Part shown: positions 41,678-53,393 of the stretch, piece after piece
How positions within the stretch are numbered: position 1 is the first letter of the stretch
How the letters are laid out: every line of letters begins with the position of its first letter
Assembly: GCA_963737655.1 (NCBI GenBank)
Contig: CAVTTN010000002.1
Span: 6,176,001-6,240,000 of the forward strand
Origin: an uncultured Planctomycetota bacterium
GTDB taxonomy: Bacteria; Planctomycetota; Planctomycetia; Isosphaerales; Isosphaeraceae
Direction: 5' to 3'
Length of the DNA stretch: 64,000 bases
The notes under the pieces: generated by a model
The model's database searches: none
Told to the model about the DNA's origin: nothing
The model's input: the letters and a program-made list of their open reading frames with translations, nothing else
Position numbers and translations under genes: made by a program

Positions 41678-42700
41678 ATGTCCCGCAAGTCGTTCGGACG
41701 CTTGGCCCTGGCCTTCTCGATGGTCCTGGCCGGCTGCGGAGGCGGCGGGGGGCCTCGGGTGGTGGTCTATTCGGCCCTGGATCGCGAGTTCGCCGAGCCG
41801 ATCCTGAAGCAATACGCGGCGAAGGCCGGCGTGACCGTCCTGCCGAAGTTCGACGCCGAGAGCACCAAGACCGTCGGGCTGACCCAGGAGATCCTGGCCG
41901 AGGCGTCTCGGCCTCGCTGCGACCTGTTCTGGAACAACGAGATCCTCAACACGTTGCGGCTGAAGGAAAAAGGGCTGCTCGCGCCGTTCAAGCCGGCCAA
42001 CGCGGCCGATTATCCCGAGGCGTTCCGCGACAAGGACGGCACCTGGTACGGCTTCGCCGCGAGGGCGCGGGTCTTGCTCGTCAATACGCAGGTCGTCCCC
42101 GAGGGGGAGCGGCCGACGTCGATCCTGGACCTGACCGACCCGAAATGGATGGGCAAGATCGGGATGGCCAAGCCGCTCTTCGGCACCACGGCCACCCACG
42201 CCGCCTGCCTGTTCGCCGCCTGGGGCGAGGAGAAGGCGAAGGCCTATTATCGCGACCTCAAGGCCAACGGGATCCAGGTCCTCTCGGGCAACAAGCAGGT
42301 GGCGCAGGCCGTCGGTTCCGGCTCGATCGCCGTCGGGATGACCGACACCGACGACGCCATGGAGGAGATCGCCGCCGGCCGGCCCGTGGCGATCATCTAT
42401 CCCGATCGCCGGCCCGAGCAGATCGGCACTCTGTTCCTCCCGAACACGCTGGCGATCCTCAAGGGCTGCCCGAACCCCGGAGACGCCGAGGCCCTGGCCA
42501 ATCATTTGCTGAGCCCGGAGGTCGAAGGGGCGCTGGCCAACGGCCCGTCGGCCCAGATCCCTTTGAACCGCAAGACCGAGACGCCCGCGAGGGTCGAGAC
42601 GCCGAAAACCGTCCACGCGATGGCCGCCGACTTCGAGAAGGCGGCCAAACTCTGGGACGGCGTGGCCGCGTTCCTCGCCCAGGAGTTCGCCGGCGGTTGA
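41678..42700 (+). CDS. ABC transporter substrate-binding lipoprotein (Fe3+/AfuA-like)
   Basis: Lipobox LAGC; VVVYSALD, RARVLLVN, MAKPLFGTT, TDTDDA. Confidence 0.85.
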   Translation: MSRKSFGRLALAFSMVLAGCGGGGGPRVVVYSALDREFAEPILKQYAAKAGVTVLPKFDAESTKTVGLTQEILAEASRPRCDLFWNNEILNTLRLKEKGLLAPFKPANAADYPEAFRDKDGTWYGFAARARVLLVNTQVVPEGERPTSILDLTDPKWMGKIGMAKPLFGTTATHAACLFAAWGEEKAKAYYRDLKANGIQVLSGNKQVAQAVGSGSIAVGMTDTDDAMEEIAAGRPVAIIYPDRRPEQIGTLFLPNTLAILKGCPNPGDAEALANHLLSPEVEGALANGPSAQIPLNRKTETPARVETPKTVHAMAADFEKAAKLWDGVAAFLAQEFAGG

Positions 42701-42741
42701 TCGGAGTCGAAGTACCCGCCATCGCGATCGGAGGAGCCCCG

Positions 42742-43347
42742 ATGTCCTTCCCCAACGCCTCGTCCTGGCTCGCCCTGCTGCTCGTCGCGACGGCCGCCGA
42801 CCGCTCGTGGGATTTCGAGTCCGACCCCCCCGGCGCGATCCCGAAAGGGTTCCGCGCCGAGGCCGGCTCGTGGGCCGTCGCGCAGGACGGATCGACCCGC
42901 GTCCTCTCCCAGACCGCCAAGAGCGATGATGACACGTTCAACCTCGCCCTCGTCCCCGACGCGAGCTTCGGAAACCTCGACCTGTCGGTGAAACTCAAGG
43001 CGATCTCGGGAGACGTCGATCGCGGAGGGGGGCTGGTCTGGCGGGCCAGGGACGCGAAGAATTATTATCTGTGCCGCTATAACCCCCTGGAAGAGAACCT
43101 GCGCGTTTACAAGGTGGTGAACGGCAAACGGACGATGTTCCGGGGGGTGAAGGTCGAGGAGGAAAGCCCGGGCTGGCACTCCCTGAGGATCGTCATGAGC
43201 GGCCCGACGATGGAATGCTCGCTCGACGGCCGGAAGCTCCTGGAAGTCCAGGACGCCACGTTCCCCGATCCCGGGATGATCGGCGTATGGTCCAAGGCCG
43301 ACGCCATCACCGAGTTCGACGACCTCCGGGCGGCGGAAAAACCGTAG
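42742..43347 (+). CDS. Secreted DUF1080-like beta-jelly-roll protein
   Basis: RBS ggagg then ATG 42742; DRGGGLVWRARDAKNYY..RYNPLEEN, WHSLRI, GMIGVWSKADA..FDDL. Confidence 0.75.
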   Translation: MSFPNASSWLALLLVATAADRSWDFESDPPGAIPKGFRAEAGSWAVAQDGSTRVLSQTAKSDDDTFNLALVPDASFGNLDLSVKLKAISGDVDRGGGLVWRARDAKNYYLCRYNPLEENLRVYKVVNGKRTMFRGVKVEEESPGWHSLRIVMSGPTMECSLDGRKLLEVQDATFPDPGMIGVWSKADAITEFDDLRAAEKP

Positions 43348-43502
43348 GGTGCATGCAATGCACCGTCATGTCGGGTGCATGAAATGCACCAACCCGCGGC
43401 GGCCAACGGCCGCCCTCCTTTTCTCGGTTCCTGGGCGATGAAATCGGCAGATGGCGGGCGGCCCCTGGGCCGCCGCGGGTTGGTGCATTGCATGCACCCT
43501 AC
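43344..43502. repeat. Family A REP cluster (43344-43364, 43370-43390, inverted 43482-43502) between convergent genes
   Basis: gtagggtgcatgcaatgcacc, gtcgggtgcatgaaatgcacc, ggtgcattgcatgcaccctac; extended arms aacccgcggcggcc / ggccgccgcgggtt. Confidence 0.9.
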
Positions 43503-46500
43503 AGGCCGTCCAACCCGTTCCGGATGGCGGGGACGTCCCAGAGCGTGACGATCCCGTCGGCCGCCCCGGAGAGGAGGGTTTGGCCGTCGGGGTGGAACTT
43601 CAGGGCGGTCACGGCGGCGGTGTGCGCTTCCCATCCGGCCAGCTCTTGGCCGGAAGACAGCTCCCAGAGCTTGACGATCCCGTCCTCGCCTCCCGAGGCG
43701 GCCGTCCGTCCATCCGGGGCGATGGCCAGGGCCAGGATCGGGCCGTCGTGCGCCTTCCAGGCGGCCGACGGATGACCCTCGTAACCCATCTCGACGAACT
43801 CCTCGGTCCCGTCGGGTTTCTTGAACCGAAGGGGCGGGAGCTTCGTCGCCTCGGGCACTCCCTCGACGGCCCCGACGCTCAGCCTCCCTTCCGAATCGCC
43901 GTAAACCAGCGTCCGGCCGTCGGGCCCGAGGGCGAAGGCTCGGATCGGAAAGCTCTGCCGGGTACTGGGCCCGAGCCAGACCGTGCTGGAGAACCGCCTC
44001 CGAGGGCGGCCCTCGGGTACCGTCGCGATCGCCAGGTCGCTCCCGGCGAGGAAAACGACGCGTTTGCCTCCGGGCGAGAAGGCGATCGGCCCCGAGAGGT
44101 TCGGGAACGCCTGGGGACGGCCGAGCGGGTCGCTCCGGGACGATGCCGAGCCTTTGGAGAACGTGACGATCTGGTCCGCCCGGGAAATCATCGTCGCCAG
44201 CCGTCCCGAGGCGAGGTCCCAGAGGGCGAGCCGTTCCCCCTTGCCGATGACTTGCTGGCCGTCGGTGGCCATCTCCTGCCAGAGGACCGCGGCGAGCGAG
44301 CCGTCGGGGGAGATCGCCGCGGCCCGGGCCCAGCCGTCCAGGCGGAGGCCGACGGTCCTCCCCGGCTCGGGCGCGACCCGGCGGAACTCGGTCGTCTCGA
44401 AGGTCTCCTTGACGGCCGCTCCCCGGAGGGCGAACCGGGCCGTCCAGACCTCGCCCGAGGGCAGCAGCGCCGCGAACTCGGCGTCATCCAGCCGGGAGAC
44501 GGGCCGGAGCGTCCTGGGGGCCGATCGGGGCTCGTCGGCCCAGAGCTCGTCACGGATCAGCCATCGGCCGCTCGCGGCGGTCTCCAGGGTCTTGACCGGC
44601 CCGTCGCTCCGGAAGGACGGCGCAGGGTCGGCGACCTCCCAGAGCTTCACCACGGCAATCTCCGAGCCGGTCGTCCGAACGGACCCGTCCGGCTCGGTCT
44701 CCGAATACGAGCCGGGGCCGATCGTGGCGAGCCTCCGGCCGTCTCCGCTCCAGGCCGGCATCTTCTGGTCGCGGAGGGTCGCGAGCTTCCGGCCGGTCGC
44801 GACTTCCCAGACGACCACGGCGTTCTGAACCCGGTCGCGATTCATCCGGGCATAAACGGCCAGGAAACGGCCGTCGGGCGACAGGGCGCCCCTCTGCTGG
44901 GTGTTGAAGTTCCCCTGGGGGGCCATCACGCCGCCGAGCCGGGCCAGGAGCGAGTTCCTCGCCGTGTCCCAGACCTGGACCTCGCCGGGGCCCGAGCCCG
45001 GGTCGAAGGCCAGGACCGGCCCCTCGGGCGCGAGGCTGATCCCGTAGGCGTAGGGCGTGACGTCATGCGTCTCGAACACCTGGCGGCCGGTCCGGGCATC
45101 GATCGAGAGGAGGTGCATCCCTTCCTGGAACCACTGATACAGCATCACGTTCGGGCCGATCGGCCGATCGCGGAGCACATGATATCCGGTGGGCATCGGG
45201 GTCGTGAACGTGTCCCGGCCGGTGGCGAGGTCCCAGCCCTTCAGGTCGCGGTCCTCGACGATCAGGGCCTCCTCGGCCCGAGGAAGCCGACGAAATCGCC
45301 CGACGGCCGGACCTGGTCGGCTCGGTCCTTCTTGACCCGGACGGCCCGGAGGCCGTGGAAGTTGTTCTCCGTGGTCAGGACCAGCCACGAGCCATCCGGG
45401 CCGAACTTCGGGCGGTCGAACCCGGGGTATTCGCCCAGGTTCCGGCCGGAAACGACGTCCCGGACCCGGATCGTCCGGCCTTCGGCGACGGCCTCGTAGG
45501 CGACGATCGAGGTGCCGGGGGCCAGGGCAGGCTCCTGGGCCGTCATCGCCGAGGCCGCGTCGAGGAACTGCCCGACCTCCTGGCCGTCCTCCGCCCGGAA
45601 GACGGCGAGAGTGTGCGCGTCCCTCGCCGGGTTGCCGACGCGCCAGCCCTCGACCAGCACGGACTTCTCGGGGAATCGTAACCGATAGACGTTGCCGAAG
45701 ACGATCTCGCGGACCAGCCGCACGCCGGGCGTCACCAGCGATTGCGCCGCCTCTCGCCGCAAGTCCATGCCCGGACGGATCTTGGCCGCTTCGATGACCG
45801 ATGCCCTCGCCGCCCACGGGTCGCCCAGGAGCCGGGCCGATTTCGCCCCGCTCAGGAGCGAATCGCGGAGCCTCTCGCGGGCCGCCGCCTTCTCGGTCTT
45901 CACCTCGCCCAGGGCCTTCGTGGTCAGGACGTAGCCGGTCGTCGAGGCCGCCGCCGTGGCGATCAGCAGCGAGGCGGCCGTCGCCCCGAGCGCGGCCATC
46001 GCCGGATTGCGCCGGCACCAGCGGACCGCCCGGCCCATCCGGCCCACCGGTCGCGCCAGGACCGGCCTGCCCTCGATCCATCGGGCCAGGTCGTCGGCCA
46101 GGCTTCGGGCCGAGGCGTATCGGCGTGTCGGGATCTTTTCCAGGCACTTCAGCGCGACGGTTTCCAGGTCTTTCGGCACGCTCGGGTTGAGCTGGCGAGG
46201 CGGGACGGCCTCGCGCTCCATGACCTGGAGGAGCGTCTCCATCGGCCCGGCGGCGTGGAACGGCGGGCGGCCGGTCAGCAGTTGATAGAGGATCGCCCCG
46301 AGGGAGTACACGTCGGCCGGAGGGCCGACGGGCTTGCCCGCGGCCTGTTCCGGGGGCATGAAGCTGGGCGTGCCCATGACCTGGCCGGTCGCCGTGAGGC
46401 CCGAGTCCTGACGGACGGTCTTGGCCAGGCCGAAGTCGGTCACTCGGGGGCGCCCCCGGGCGTCGATCAGGACGTTCGCGGGCTTCAAATCGCGGTGGAT

Positions 46501-47022
46501 CACGCCCCGATCGTGGGCGAACTGGACCGCCTCGGCGATCCTCCAGACGATCTCGGCGGCGCGTCCAGGCGGCAAGGGTCCGGCGGCGACCTCGTGGGCG
46601 AGGCTGGGGCCCTCGATGAAGGCCATGCTGAAATAATGCTGATTTTGATGCTCGCCGACCTCGAAGATCGGCACGATCCCGGGATGATCGAGCCCGGCGG
46701 CGGCCTCGGCCTCGCGGCGGAACCGGCGGACGTCCTCCTCGCCGGCCAGGGCCCCGCTGAGGATCATCTTGAGTGCGACCGGGCGGTTCAGGGAGGTCTG
46801 GCGGGCCTCGTAGACGATCCCCATCCCCCCTCGGGCGACCTCGCGGACGATCTCGTAATCGCCGAAATAGCGGATCGGGCCGAAGTTCGGCGACTCCGAG
46901 ACGTTCGGGGCCGGCCCGGCCGTCGTTTCCAGGGCCATCCTCATCAGGCACGCCGGGCAGAGGGCGTCGTCGCCGAGGGCGGAGCCGCAATCGGGACAGT
47001 CGGGACGGGTCGGGTCGGTCAT
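43499..47022 (-). CDS. WD40-repeat Ser/Thr protein kinase (1-nt indel at ~45275)
   Basis: CPDC..CPAC, ARGGMGIVY, VALKMI, HRDLKPAN, DFGLAK, GTPSFMPPEQ; C-terminal WD40 repeats (AHDGPILALAIAPDG..GIVKLW). Confidence 0.9.
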
Positions 47023-47109
47023 GTTCGGCAGGCTCCGCGAGGAGGGTTCGACACCTCTCAGACGGAAACCGATCCGGAGCTTACCGAGTTTTCCCGATCC
47101 AGACGCCCG

Positions 47110-47670
47110 TCATCCGAACAGGGAGTCCACCGCGACCCGCCAGCCCGGGACGGCCGGCTCGGCGTGGGCCTGGTCGCCTCGATGGAAGACCTCGGGCGAA
47201 TCCGGCGAGTCGGCCCGATACGAGCGGATCGTCTCGGATTCGGGGTCCACGTCCCAGACGACGAGCGTCCCGGCCTCGAAGTAGTCGGCCCTCTTGGCAG
47301 CCATCGCCCGATCGGCGGCGGGGCCGTAATCCCCTTCGCTGCGGACCTCGGCGGCGAAGTCCAGGGCGCCTTCGACGAACCGCATCGGGTTCGAGGGCGG
47401 CGGGCCGGAGAAGAAGGCGGCATCCGGCGCGAAGGACTGCCGACCGGAGGACAACCGCGGCACGGCGAAGCCCATGTTGTCGGTATAGGCCGTCCCCTGT
47501 CCGACGGCGCGGGCGTGCAGCTTCAAGGAAAAAAAGATCTCACCGGCCACGAGGTTCGGTCGATGTCCGGTCGGCATGAAAGGGACGATCCTGCCGTCGA
47601 TCAGCTCGGCCTTGCCCGGGACCCGCAACAGGTCGTCCAGGGTCATTTCCTTCGAGGGGGCGAGGCTCAT
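47110..47670 (-). CDS. Uma2 (DUF820) family putative endonuclease
   Basis: AELIDGRIV, FAPDAAF, FAAEVRSE, KRADYFEAGTLVVWDVDP, VPGWRVAV. Confidence 0.9.
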   Translation of the reverse strand: MSLAPSKEMTLDDLLRVPGKAELIDGRIVPFMPTGHRPNLVAGEIFFSLKLHARAVGQGTAYTDNMGFAVPRLSSGRQSFAPDAAFFSGPPPSNPMRFVEGALDFAAEVRSEGDYGPAADRAMAAKRADYFEAGTLVVWDVDPESETIRSYRADSPDSPEVFHRGDQAHAEPAVPGWRVAVDSLFG

Positions 47671-47686
47671 CGGCTCGGTCCTCCGC

Positions 47687-49207
47687 TCAGCGACGCTCGG
47701 GCACGTTCACGCCATCCTTCGCCATGCCTCGTCGTATGGTCTCGGCGACCTGGGCGGGGCCGTAGCCGTGTTCGACCATCAGGCAGGGGACCTCGAATTG
47801 CTCGCATAAGGGGCGGAGCCGTTCGGGGACGTGGTGCCCGATGAAGCTCTTGAGGATCAGGACCAGGTCCATCCCCCGGTTGCGGACCCGCTGTTCCAGC
47901 GATTCGAGGAACGCCGGTCGGGTGCCCTCGTAGCTCTCCCAGTCGAGTTCGTCGAACTGGAAGACCCGTTCGAGGGTCCGCCTCATGTCCTCTCGGGCCG
48001 ATCCGCCGATCATGAGGACTTTCTTCCCCTTGGTCGTGGCGATCAGGTCGGCGAACTGCTCCTGGAGCGATTCGTCGGACTTGTCCTCCTCCTGCCTGGC
48101 GCGGTCCAGGTGCTTGCGGATGGCGCGGAACTCGGCGCCGGTCAGGAGGTCGGAATAGGGGCGGACCAGCTCGATCAGGCCGAGGTCCGAGGCGCCGAGG
48201 CTGGCGATGACCCGGGCCAGGGCGGCCTGGAATTCCTCGGCGCCCTCCTCCGGGAGGTGATAGCGGGCGATCACGGCCCGGAGTTCCTCCAGGGCGGACT
48301 GGCCGGTCTCCTTGGCGAGCTTCTGCTTCTCATAGTCGCGAGCTTGCTGCTCCCGCCGGCGTTGCTCGACGTCCTTGTTCCTCCGGGCGAGTTCGGCGGC
48401 CTGGCGGAGCTGGTCCTCGGCGTCGGCGACGTAGGCGTCCCAGTCGGTGTTGAATCCCTGGCGGAACGCCTCGATATAGCCCGGCTCATACTGCTTGGAG
48501 ATGCCCACCAGGCGGGGGAAGAGGCGGGTCAGCAAGGCCCGGTCTTCCTCGGAGACATCGGGTAATTCCTGGGCCTGGAGCCGGCGATAGCGGCCGATCC
48601 AGATCGTTAACTGGGCGAGCTGCTCGCGGTTATCGAGCATGCCGAAATGGTTGGTGGCGTCGTCGATCTCGCGGGCCAGGGCATGGATCTGGCCGGCGGG
48701 CAGGAGCATCTCGGCGGAGCGGGCCAGGCGGTCGTCGGCGGAGAAGTCGCCGGCGAGCTGGGGCTGCAAGCGGTCGAGTTCCTTGCGGACGTTCTGATAG
48801 TGCTCCATCGCCGCCTGCAAGCCCCGGCGGGCCTCGGCAGCCTGTCGGGTGATGGTTTCGAGCTCGGCGAGGGAGGTGCGGCGCTTGAGGTCGATCTCGG
48901 CGCGGCTGGCGGCGATCTCGGCCTCGAACTTGCGGGCGTCGTCCGGGCTCACGCCCGAGGCGGAAATCAGCTGGGCTACCTTCCGGGTCAGCTCCTTGAG
49001 GTTCTTCTCATCGACGTCGGCCTCGTCCAGGGCTTTTTGGCGGACGGGCCGTTCGTCGTGGAGCCGCTTCTCAGCGACCCGGGCGCGCTCCTCGGCGGCG
49101 CGGAGGGTCTCCGCGGCCTGGCGGGTCTCGACGCCGAGCTTTTGGGCCCGCGTCTTCGCCTCGGCCTGGCGGACCATCTCGGAAAGGCGTTCGAGTGAAG
49201 GGGTCAT
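47687..49207 (-). CDS. Coiled-coil protein with C-terminal DUF2325-like domain
   Basis: Long E/K/R/Q/A-rich helices; KVLMIGG...DLVLILKSFIGHH..EVPCLMVEHGYG. Confidence 0.7.
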   Translation of the reverse strand: MTPSLERLSEMVRQAEAKTRAQKLGVETRQAAETLRAAEERARVAEKRLHDERPVRQKALDEADVDEKNLKELTRKVAQLISASGVSPDDARKFEAEIAASRAEIDLKRRTSLAELETITRQAAEARRGLQAAMEHYQNVRKELDRLQPQLAGDFSADDRLARSAEMLLPAGQIHALAREIDDATNHFGMLDNREQLAQLTIWIGRYRRLQAQELPDVSEEDRALLTRLFPRLVGISKQYEPGYIEAFRQGFNTDWDAYVADAEDQLRQAAELARRNKDVEQRRREQQARDYEKQKLAKETGQSALEELRAVIARYHLPEEGAEEFQAALARVIASLGASDLGLIELVRPYSDLLTGAEFRAIRKHLDRARQEEDKSDESLQEQFADLIATTKGKKVLMIGGSAREDMRRTLERVFQFDELDWESYEGTRPAFLESLEQRVRNRGMDLVLILKSFIGHHVPERLRPLCEQFEVPCLMVEHGYGPAQVAETIRRGMAKDGVNVPERR

Positions 49208-49607
49208 GACGGGTCTCGTTCACGGTCACAAGGCGCGGGGACTCGGGGCGCGAAGACGCCGGTGTGGGCTCGTCGTGGCGGGCCGCCGGAGCGGGCGCGG
49301 CCCGCGGGGCGGGTCGCGCGACCCCTCGACTTTAGCCCGATCGCCGCCACGAAGCAACCCGGACCCATCGGTCCGGCGCCGGGACGAGCCGAACGGCGCA
49401 TCCGGTCATCATCGAGCCCCGGCGGGCCGTAATCCAGCGTCTGGTGGGCCCTTAGGTTCGCCGGATGAACACATCGAAGCCCCTTCGCCCGCGGACCCCG
49501 CCGGCCCCTTGCGAAGGCCCGACCGCCCGGCTACCGTTCGGGGGTGGCGGCCAGGGCCGCCCGGCCCTCCTTCCCGCCCCGCTCCCTTTCCCGGAGAGAA
49601 TGACGCG

Positions 49608-50165
49608 ATGAGAACCAAGAGCGTTTCGATCGCCGCGGCCCTCGGGGTCGTCGCCCTGGCCGCCGCCGTCTCCTCGGCCCAGAAACCGGCCGAACACGCC
49701 GAGGCCGCCCCCATCACCCGCGCCATCGCCGTCCTCCACGCCACCAAGTCCGGCGGCGACGCCTCGGGCACCGTCACCTTCACCAAGGTCGAGGGCGGCG
49801 TCCGGGTCGAGGCCAAGATCACCGGACTGACCCCCGGCCCTCACGGCTTCCACATCCACGAGTTCGGCGACTGCTCCTCCCCCGACGCCATGAGCACCGG
49901 CGGGCACTTCAACCCCAAGGGCAACCCCCACGGCGCCCTCGGCGCCAAGAGGCACGTCGGCGACCTCGGCAACATCGAGGCCGACGCCAAGGGCGTCGCC
50001 ACCTACGACAAGATCGACAGCGAACTCATGTTCCACGGCGAGAGCTCGATCCTCGGCCGGGGCCTGATCGTCCACGAGAAGGCCGACGACCTCAAAACCC
50101 AGCCCACCGGCAACGCCGGAGGCCGCGTCGCCTGCGGAGTCATCGGCGTGGCCAAGGCCAAGTGA
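49608..50165 (+). CDS. sodC: Cu/Zn superoxide dismutase, secreted
   Basis: HGFHIHEFGDC, GGHFNP, RHVGDLGN, GRGLIVHEKADD, GNAGGRVACGVI. Confidence 0.96.
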   Translation: MRTKSVSIAAALGVVALAAAVSSAQKPAEHAEAAPITRAIAVLHATKSGGDASGTVTFTKVEGGVRVEAKITGLTPGPHGFHIHEFGDCSSPDAMSTGGHFNPKGNPHGALGAKRHVGDLGNIEADAKGVATYDKIDSELMFHGESSILGRGLIVHEKADDLKTQPTGNAGGRVACGVIGVAKAK

Positions 50166-50275
50166 TCGCCCTCGCCTCACCGCCCGGCTCATCAGTGCTG
50201 AGTGCTGAGCGGATGGCACGTTGGACCATCGACCCTCTGTGAAGGGGCGCTGTCTCCAGAACAGAGGGTCGTCGC

Positions 50276-50357
50276 CTGCCCACTGCCCACTGCCCACTGC
50301 CCACTGCCCACTGCCCACTGCCCACTGCCCACTGCCCACTGCCCACTGCCCACTGCC
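50276..50357. repeat. Heptamer tandem repeat (CTGCCCA)11 plus partial unit
   Basis: Direct reading; about three units of the reverse complement also occur at 33568-33589. Confidence 0.97.
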
Positions 50358-50438
50358 GCCGTTGACATCTCCCGAACGGCTTGCATACGATGAAGGCGAG
50401 TCCTGCCGAATCCTTATGCACTGTTCGGAGATGCAGCG

Positions 50439-51833
50439 GTGGCCGGCAAGCCGTGGGCTGGGCGATTCTCGGGTGGGACCGACCGCCGGGTCGAGCAATT
50501 CACCGAATCGATCTCCTTTGATCGTCGTCTTTTCGAGAACGACATCCGGGGGTCCATCGCCCATGCGCGGATGCTCCGGCACGTCGGTCTCCTCTCGGCC
50601 GATGAGTGCGAGCGAATCGAGCAGGGACTGATCGAAATCCGGGCCGAGATCGAGGCCGGCTCCTTCCCCTTCGTCCTGGAGCGGGAAGATATCCACATGC
50701 ACGTCGAGGCCGCCCTGATCGACCGCCTCGGCGACGTCGGCCGGAAGCTCCACACCGCCCGCAGCCGCAACGATCAGGTCGCGCTCGATTCGCGATTGTG
50801 GATTCGCGACGGCCTCGACCGGATCAGCAGCCTTCTGAAGGACTTGCAACGGGCCTTCGTCGCCGCGGCCGAGCGTCATGACGAGCTGATCCTCCCCGGC
50901 TACACCCATCTTCAACGGGCCCAGCCGGTCCTCGCCCCCCATTATTTCCTCGCCTATGTCGAGAAGCTCCAGAGGGACCGCTCGCGGGTCGCCGACTGCC
51001 GGAAGCGGCTGAACGTCCTGCCCCTGGGGGCCGCCGCCCTGGCCGGGACGACCCTGCCCATCGATCGGGCATTCGTGGCCCGCGAGCTCGGGTTCGACGG
51101 CGTGGCCGCCAACAGCATGGACGTTTCCAGCGACCGCGATTTCGCCATTGAAAGCGTCTTCGTCCTCGCGATGATCGCCGAGCACCTCTCCGGGTGGGCC
51201 GAGGAGTGGGTCCTCTGGAGCACCCAGGAATTCTCGTTCCTGAGCCTGCCCGACTCGGTTTGTACCGGGTCGAGCATCATGCCCCAGAAGAAGAACCCCG
51301 ACGTCTGCGAGCTGATCCGGGGGCGGTGCGCCCGGGTCGTCGGCTCGCTCATGACCTTGCTCGTGCTCGTCAAGGGCCTGCCCCTGGCCTATAATCGCGA
51401 TTTGCAGGAAGACAAGGAACCCGTCTTCGACGCCTTCGACACCGTCTCGGCCTCCCTGGAGCTGGCGGCGGTGGTCGTCTCGGGGGCGACGCTCCGGGCC
51501 GACCGGATCGGGAGCCGGCTCGACGAGGGCTTCCTGGATGCCACGACGTTGATGGAATACCTGATCGCCAAGGGGGTTCCGCAGCGGACGGGGCACGAGG
51601 TCGTCGGCAAGCTCGTGGCCTTCTGCGAGAAAAACGGGGCCCGGTTGGCCGACCTGACGACCGAGGACTTCGCGGCGGCCTCCCCGGCGATCGGCCCCGA
51701 CGTGAGCGAGTGGCTCGGGGTCGCCAACGCGGTCCGCGCCTTCCGCTCCGAGGGTTCGACCGCCCCGAGCGAGGTCGCCCACCAACTCCAAGCCTGGAAA
51801 ACCCGGCTGATGGGCGAGGAGGAAGCGCCATGA
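50439..51833 (+). CDS. argH: Argininosuccinate lyase
   Basis: [55 protein letters not shown]. Confidence 0.97.
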   Translation: MAGKPWAGRFSGGTDRRVEQFTESISFDRRLFENDIRGSIAHARMLRHVGLLSADECERIEQGLIEIRAEIEAGSFPFVLEREDIHMHVEAALIDRLGDVGRKLHTARSRNDQVALDSRLWIRDGLDRISSLLKDLQRAFVAAAERHDELILPGYTHLQRAQPVLAPHYFLAYVEKLQRDRSRVADCRKRLNVLPLGAAALAGTTLPIDRAFVARELGFDGVAANSMDVSSDRDFAIESVFVLAMIAEHLSGWAEEWVLWSTQEFSFLSLPDSVCTGSSIMPQKKNPDVCELIRGRCARVVGSLMTLLVLVKGLPLAYNRDLQEDKEPVFDAFDTVSASLELAAVVVSGATLRADRIGSRLDEGFLDATTLMEYLIAKGVPQRTGHEVVGKLVAFCEKNGARLADLTTEDFAAASPAIGPDVSEWLGVANAVRAFRSEGSTAPSEVAHQLQAWKTRLMGEEEAP

Positions 51834-52936
51834 ACCGTCGCGATTGGATGCGATCCGGCCTGATCGCCCCCGGAATCGCGGCCCTCGGCCCGATCGGGGG
51901 GCGTGCGGCCGACGATCCGCCTCCGTCGAAGGCCCGCCGCCGAGGAGTCACGCTCGCCGGAGCCGAGTTCGGGGTCCGCGAGGATTTTTCCAACGAATCC
52001 CCCGGCGTCTTCGGCCGTGATTACACCTATTTTGGCGAAAAAACGGTCGAGTATTTCGTCTCCAGGGGGATCAGGGACTTCCGCATCCCGTTCCGCTGGG
52101 AGCGCATCCAGCCGAAGCTGAATGAGCCGCTGGACGGGGCGGAACTCGGGCGGCTGACGGAGGCGGTGGCCCGGATCAAGAAGGCCGGAGGGTCCGCGAT
52201 CCTCGACCCCCACAACTTCGCTCGCTACCGGACGGTGATCGGCGGGAAGCCGACCGACGTGGTGATCGATGAGAAAGTGGGCGACGCGGTGCCGGTGCCT
52301 CGCGAGCGGTTCGCGGACCTCTGGAGGAGGCTGGCCGAGGCGTTTTCGGGAGAGCCGGCGGTCCGGGCGTTCGCCCTGATGAACGAGACCCACGACCTGA
52401 AAGGCTCGGACTGGAAGGGGATCTCGCAAGCGGCCGTCGATGCGATCCGCCGGTCCGGGGACCGCCGGGCGGTGATCGTCCCGGGCGAGAGCTGGTCGTC
52501 GGCCCGCCGGTTTCTTGAGTCCAACGGCCCGACGGCGTGGATCAAGGACCCGGCCGACAATGTCTTCTACGAGGCCCACTCCTACTGGGACTCCGACGAG
52601 AGCGGCACCTACAAGCTGAGCTATGACGAGGAGTTGCGTCGCGACAAAAGCCTCGAAAACCGGGGGGTTCGGCACCTGATGGCGTTCGCCGGCTGGTGCG
52701 CCGTGAACGGGGTCCGCGGCTTCGTCGGCGAGTTCGGCGTCCCCAACGACGACCCGCGATGGCTCGCGGTGATGGCCCGGTTCCTCGAAGGTCTCGACCG
52801 CACCGGGATGGAAGGCTGCTACTGGGCGGCCGGCGAATGGTGGGGAAAGGACCGGCTCTCGATCCAGCCCCGCGACGGGTTCCGAACCGATGCGGTGCAG
52901 CTTGGCGTCTTGACCGGAGTGAAGGGACGAGCGTGA
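51830..52936 (+). CDS. Glycoside hydrolase family 5 (endoglucanase-like), Tat signal
   Basis: [39 protein letters not shown] (acid/base), YEAHSY, GEFG (nucleophile), YWAAG; ATGA overlap with argH. Confidence 0.9.
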   Translation: MNRRDWMRSGLIAPGIAALGPIGGRAADDPPPSKARRRGVTLAGAEFGVREDFSNESPGVFGRDYTYFGEKTVEYFVSRGIRDFRIPFRWERIQPKLNEPLDGAELGRLTEAVARIKKAGGSAILDPHNFARYRTVIGGKPTDVVIDEKVGDAVPVPRERFADLWRRLAEAFSGEPAVRAFALMNETHDLKGSDWKGISQAAVDAIRRSGDRRAVIVPGESWSSARRFLESNGPTAWIKDPADNVFYEAHSYWDSDESGTYKLSYDEELRRDKSLENRGVRHLMAFAGWCAVNGVRGFVGEFGVPNDDPRWLAVMARFLEGLDRTGMEGCYWAAGEWWGKDRLSIQPRDGFRTDAVQLGVLTGVKGRA

Positions 52937-53143
52937 GCCCTCGCGGGGAGATGTCGTCCCGCGAAACGATCCCGGAGACTTCATGATGCCCCCGACCGAC
53001 CGCCCGACGCCCCGGACTGGCGAGCCGCCCTGAGGGGAGGGCAAGGCCCGTGGAAGGATCGGACCGACCTGCCCTCCCGGGACGAGCTGCGCGAGGAGTC
53101 CAACCGTTTACCGAGACCCGAGGAACCGTCCGGAGTCCCAGCC

Positions 53144-53377
53144 ATGGTCACGACCTCCATCCAACGGACCGAGAGCGAAGACGCGGCGCTCCGATCGCTC
53201 GCTCAGAGCATGGGGAAATCGCCCGAGGACCTGCTTCGCCAAGGATTGGAGATGCTGGCCGAGAAGCATCGGCTCGAAGAGGGGCGGCAGGCGATGCTGA
53301 GCGCCTTCGGAGGCTGGCAGGACCGTGAAGACGTCTCCGAGTTCGCGGAGATCCGGGCGGAACTGGATCGCGATTGA
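53144..53377 (+). CDS. Putative antitoxin (CopG/RHH-like, VapB)
   Basis: 77 aa; LRSLAQSMGKSPEDLLRQGL, AFGGWQDR, IRAELDR; directly upstream of a PIN gene. Confidence 0.72.
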   Translation: MVTTSIQRTESEDAALRSLAQSMGKSPEDLLRQGLEMLAEKHRLEEGRQAMLSAFGGWQDREDVSEFAEIRAELDRD

Positions 53378-53393
53378 GCCGGGAGAGGCCATC

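Noticed and set aside
50214..50230. Sigma-54 promoter at tggcacg
   Set aside because: No TTGC/GC element at the required -12 spacing.
50140..50631. Small ORFs with WAVGSGQ / CPLPTAH repeats
   Set aside because: Translations of the heptamer microsatellite; no independent coding evidence.
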